Source: a virus | Lineage: Duplodnaviria > Caudoviricetes | IMG/VR virus record: IMGVR_UViG_3300042691_038938 | Length of the DNA stretch: 64,000 bases | Strand: one strand, 5' to 3' | In this document: piece by piece, positions 62,261 to 64,000 of the stretch | How the letters are laid out: the number at the start of each line of letters is the position of its first letter | Position numbering within the stretch: the stretch's first letter is position 1 | Notes under the pieces: generated by a model | Seen by the model: the letters and a program-made list of their open reading frames with translations, nothing else | The model's database searches: none | What the model was told of the DNA's origin: nothing | Program-made: the position numbers and the translations under genes

Positions 62261-62515
62261 CTATAGGTTTGAGAGGAAGATTTCCTGGTTCACTGAAACG
62301 CTTCTCCACGACTGTTTCTCAAGATCGAAGAAGGTGACCTGCCGAGGAGAGCTCTCTCGCACTCCCTTAGGGTGGTGGTCGCTAGGAATGGTGGTAAGGT
62401 TGGTCGTACCTACCGCGGTACGCAAGGTCCCGTCTAGTTTCTTGAATGCGAACTGCACTGCTCCGCTTCTCAATCTCTGACGCAATACTTCTGGTGAAAT
62501 CGGCTCTAATACCAT
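62261..62515 (-). CDS. SH3-like beta-barrel (WYL_2/DUF2693-like) protein
   Basis: FAFKKLDGTLRTAVGT...FFDLEKQSWRSV. Confidence 0.75.
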   Translation of the reverse strand: MVLEPISPEVLRQRLRSGAVQFAFKKLDGTLRTAVGTTNLTTIPSDHHPKGVRESSPRQVTFFDLEKQSWRSVSVNQEIFLSNL

Positions 62516-62608
62516 GTCTTTTATGTTTTTAAGTTATAGTTAAATATAACCATTATTCGTTAAAAGTAAAAATCCTGTGTAAAAATTTTTCGCCTAAAAT
62601 CAGGAGAC
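62516..62608 (-). promoter_or_regulatory. Repeated early-type promoter element 21 (box shifted by 10 nt)
   Basis: GAGAC at 61 nt rather than 51; box encodes V-S-stop of the upstream gene. Confidence 0.8.
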
Positions 62609-62887
62609 CCGGCCGTGCTTGGCTTTAACGTAAGCCCTCGCGTTTTGAGCAGTAATGTGAGCGTCATTGCATACTCGAAACTCAATACCTTCTTGGCTGG
62701 TGTACACCCACTCGGTCGTGGGATCGAACTCTGGCCCGGTTGAGTGGGAAAAGTTAAATACCATTGAGTTACCAGTCTTGGCTGAGACTACCTCGTACTG
62801 GGTATCAAACTGGACATCCTTTTCTGAAACTTTGATAATCCCTGTTTCAACTGAAAATCTTACCTCTTTAAGGTTTACTCTCTTCAT
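62600..62887 (-). CDS. Hypothetical protein
   Basis: Start moved to MKRVNLKE. Confidence 0.7.
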   Translation of the reverse strand: MKRVNLKEVRFSVETGIIKVSEKDVQFDTQYEVVSAKTGNSMVFNFSHSTGPEFDPTTEWVYTSQEGIEFRVCNDAHITAQNARAYVKAKHGRVS

Positions 62888-62968
62888 TCTTCTTGTTTTT
62901 AAGTTATGTATAAATATAACCATTATACTTGAATAAGTACAATCTTCTTTACGATAAAGTCGGGAGAC
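62888..62968 (-). promoter_or_regulatory. Repeated early-type promoter element 22
   Basis: Same consensus. Confidence 0.85.
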
Positions 62969-62996
62969 ACGCCCGATCGAGCCAAGATTACCAAAC

Positions 62997-63020
62997 AAAA
63001 AAAGCCAGCGTAAGCTGGCT
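62997..63020 (-). terminator. Rho-independent terminator
   Basis: GCCAGC-TTAC-GCTGGC plus T7 on -. Confidence 0.75.
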
Positions 63021-63040
63021 CTCCATTAAACTGTGACTGA

Positions 63041-63301
63041 TTATGACTTGACTATCTTATAAGTGATACACTCATTATCCTCGTCGAACTCATGATTCTC
63101 ATCTGAGAGGGTGTACCCCATCTTTTCCAAAGCATCTAAGACCGGTTCGTTAACACAATCGTTAGCGTTCTCAGCAGCGGCTTCTAAGTCTAGCCTCCAT
63201 CTCTTACGACTGTCCCACTCACTCGACTCATAATAGACTACCATCTTAGTAAAATCATCAGTGATCGTTCCGGTGCAATTAAAACCGATTTCCATTTCCA
63301 T
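63041..63301 (-). CDS. Acidic hypothetical protein
   Basis: Start moved to MEMEIGF. Confidence 0.7.
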   Translation of the reverse strand: MEMEIGFNCTGTITDDFTKMVVYYESSEWDSRKRWRLDLEAAAENANDCVNEPVLDALEKMGYTLSDENHEFDEDNECITYKIVKS

Positions 63302-63382
63302 GTTGTTTGTTTTTAAGTTATAGTTAAATATAACCATTATTCTTCAGTCTTGACAATATTGTCTTGATTAAAATCAGGAGAC
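63302..63382 (-). promoter_or_regulatory. Repeated early-type promoter element 23
   Basis: Box and -35 lie inside the end of 63337-63513. Confidence 0.8.
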
Positions 63383-63513
63383 AGGAACATGGCTAGCCTA
63401 GCGGGAATCACCACCGTCATGTTACATGAGTCACAACATCGACCCGAGTTTACGGGCTCAGCATTGTTTGACCGATTCTCTTGAATTGACTCTTTACAGA
63501 TTGAACATTTCAT
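63337..63513 (-). CDS. Small Zn-finger protein
   Basis: CSIC...NNAEPV...CCDSCN; start moved to MKCSIC. Confidence 0.7.
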   Translation of the reverse strand: MKCSICKESIQENRSNNAEPVNSGRCCDSCNMTVVIPARLAMFLSPDFNQDNIVKTEE

Positions 63514-63529
63514 CTCTTTTGTTTTTAGG

Positions 63530-63760
63530 TTAAAGTAAATTCCAAATATCCTGTGTCGCGTCGTAGACAAAGATGTCTCCGGCATGTCCGTCCTTGAACA
63601 CTAGTGAGGTTCCCTTCTTCTCTATCACGTAGCGAATGCCTAGGTCCTCCTTGATGTCTCTCTTGGCAGAGGCGATTGAGATTCTGGATAATTCCGCCCA
63701 CATGTCGATTAGAGAATCGTGAGCGCTTGAGTGCTCCTTCTTAAGATCAGTTAGATTCAT
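63530..63760 (-). CDS. Hypothetical protein
   Basis: 76 aa directly after promoter. Confidence 0.7.
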   Translation of the reverse strand: MNLTDLKKEHSSAHDSLIDMWAELSRISIASAKRDIKEDLGIRYVIEKKGTSLVFKDGHAGDIFVYDATQDIWNLL

Positions 63761-63842
63761 GTCTTTAAGTTTTTAAGTTATAAGTAAATATAACAATAAT
63801 AATCTTTACTTTAAAATCCTGGCCTAATAAAAATTGGGAGAC
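63761..63842 (-). promoter_or_regulatory. Repeated early-type promoter element 24
   Basis: Same consensus. Confidence 0.85.
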
Positions 63843-63886
63843 CCGTTGGATCCAGCATTGATCCAACTTACTACGGAGTAAACAAC

Positions 63887-63909
63887 AAAGGGCCGGCTTT
63901 AGCCGACCC
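63887..63909 (-). terminator. Repeated terminator module D
   Basis: GGGTCGGC-TAAA-GCCGGCCC-TTTG. Confidence 0.75.
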
Positions 63910-63936
63910 CTGTCCCGTCTCTTCTCGACGATACCT

Positions 63937-64000
63937 TTACTCCACGACTCTGAATCGAACATGAGTAAGATCGAATTTTTCTCCTTCAATCACTCCATCT
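63937..64000 (-). CDS. 3' end of a gene truncated by the window
   Basis: ...DGVIEGEKFDLTHVRFRVVE-stop, just before terminator D. Confidence 0.5.
   Translation of the reverse strand, partial: DGVIEGEKFDLTHVRFRVVE

Larger units (their letters stand above)
42561..63879 (+). repeat. Dispersed polar motif (CTA)CTACGGAGT, 16 copies
   Basis: Copies near 42561, 43151, 44261, 44500, 44825, 46116, 47488, 48322, 49157, 50845, 54033, 57701, 60051, 61550, 62104, 63869; all on +. Confidence 0.9.

Noticed and set aside
114-62936. Many short antisense or nested ORFs in the track (e.g. 5073-5414, 24397-24831, 29638-30078, 52207-52623, 54904-55317)
   Set aside because: They lie opposite better-supported genes, are Ser/Leu/Phe-rich mirrors of Glu/Lys codons, and lack leaders
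49048-63842. Repeated elements as a CRISPR array or classical integron
   Set aside because: Repeats are degenerate ~80-bp promoter-like units separated by whole genes; no cas genes, no tyrosine integrase and no attC-like long palindromes
58696-63989. Shared peptide (V/I)IF(T/N)YNLKT in several ORF-track proteins
   Set aside because: It is the translation of the promoter element itself; true starts lie downstream (58696, 61375, 62887, 63301, 63513)
63765-63989. 74-aa ORF on -
   Set aside because: Runs through a terminator, the polar motif and a promoter; another frame gives a clean gene end at 63937
1-64000. Stop-codon recoding as in some large phages
   Set aside because: Conserved genes are full length in the standard code, and TAG ends several genes right before the next start
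1-64000. tRNA or rRNA genes
   Set aside because: No T-arm/D-arm cloverleaf seen by eye; a tRNAscan-SE/ARAGORN run would settle it

Overview
64 kb of a large lytic tailed-phage genome (T4-like jumbo/'huge' myophage type), standard genetic code, no tRNA, rRNA or CRISPR seen. The host is probably Bacteroidota: the phage carries a Bacteroidota-type sigma70 and has A-rich leaders mostly without Shine-Dalgarno. 1-46 kb: scattered T4-like core genes (UvsY, UvsW, PhoH, the C-terminal half only of a family-B DNA polymerase, primase, gp4, gp2-like, portal, gp25, gp13) among many late-type genes behind GATAAATA boxes. About 26 of these proteins begin with a peptide resembling the T4 capsid-targeting sequence (MKxIKxFxxF[ILV]NE), including an adenylate cyclase, a Pol-beta nucleotidyltransferase, a kinase, a protease and a lysozyme-like protein. 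46-64 kb: a one-directional (minus strand) array of small genes with 24 copies of an ~80-bp promoter element. Its upstream GTCTC box lies exactly 51 nt from the -10 anchor in 20 of 21 copies and 61 nt in the other. The region also holds an 82-bp duplication scar, repeated terminator modules and 16 same-strand copies of CTACGGAGT. Altered host-type proteins are present: an IS607-type serine recombinase lacking its catalytic Ser, an ACP lacking its pantetheine Ser, and a shortened RpoD. All calls come from reading motifs by eye; no database search was run.
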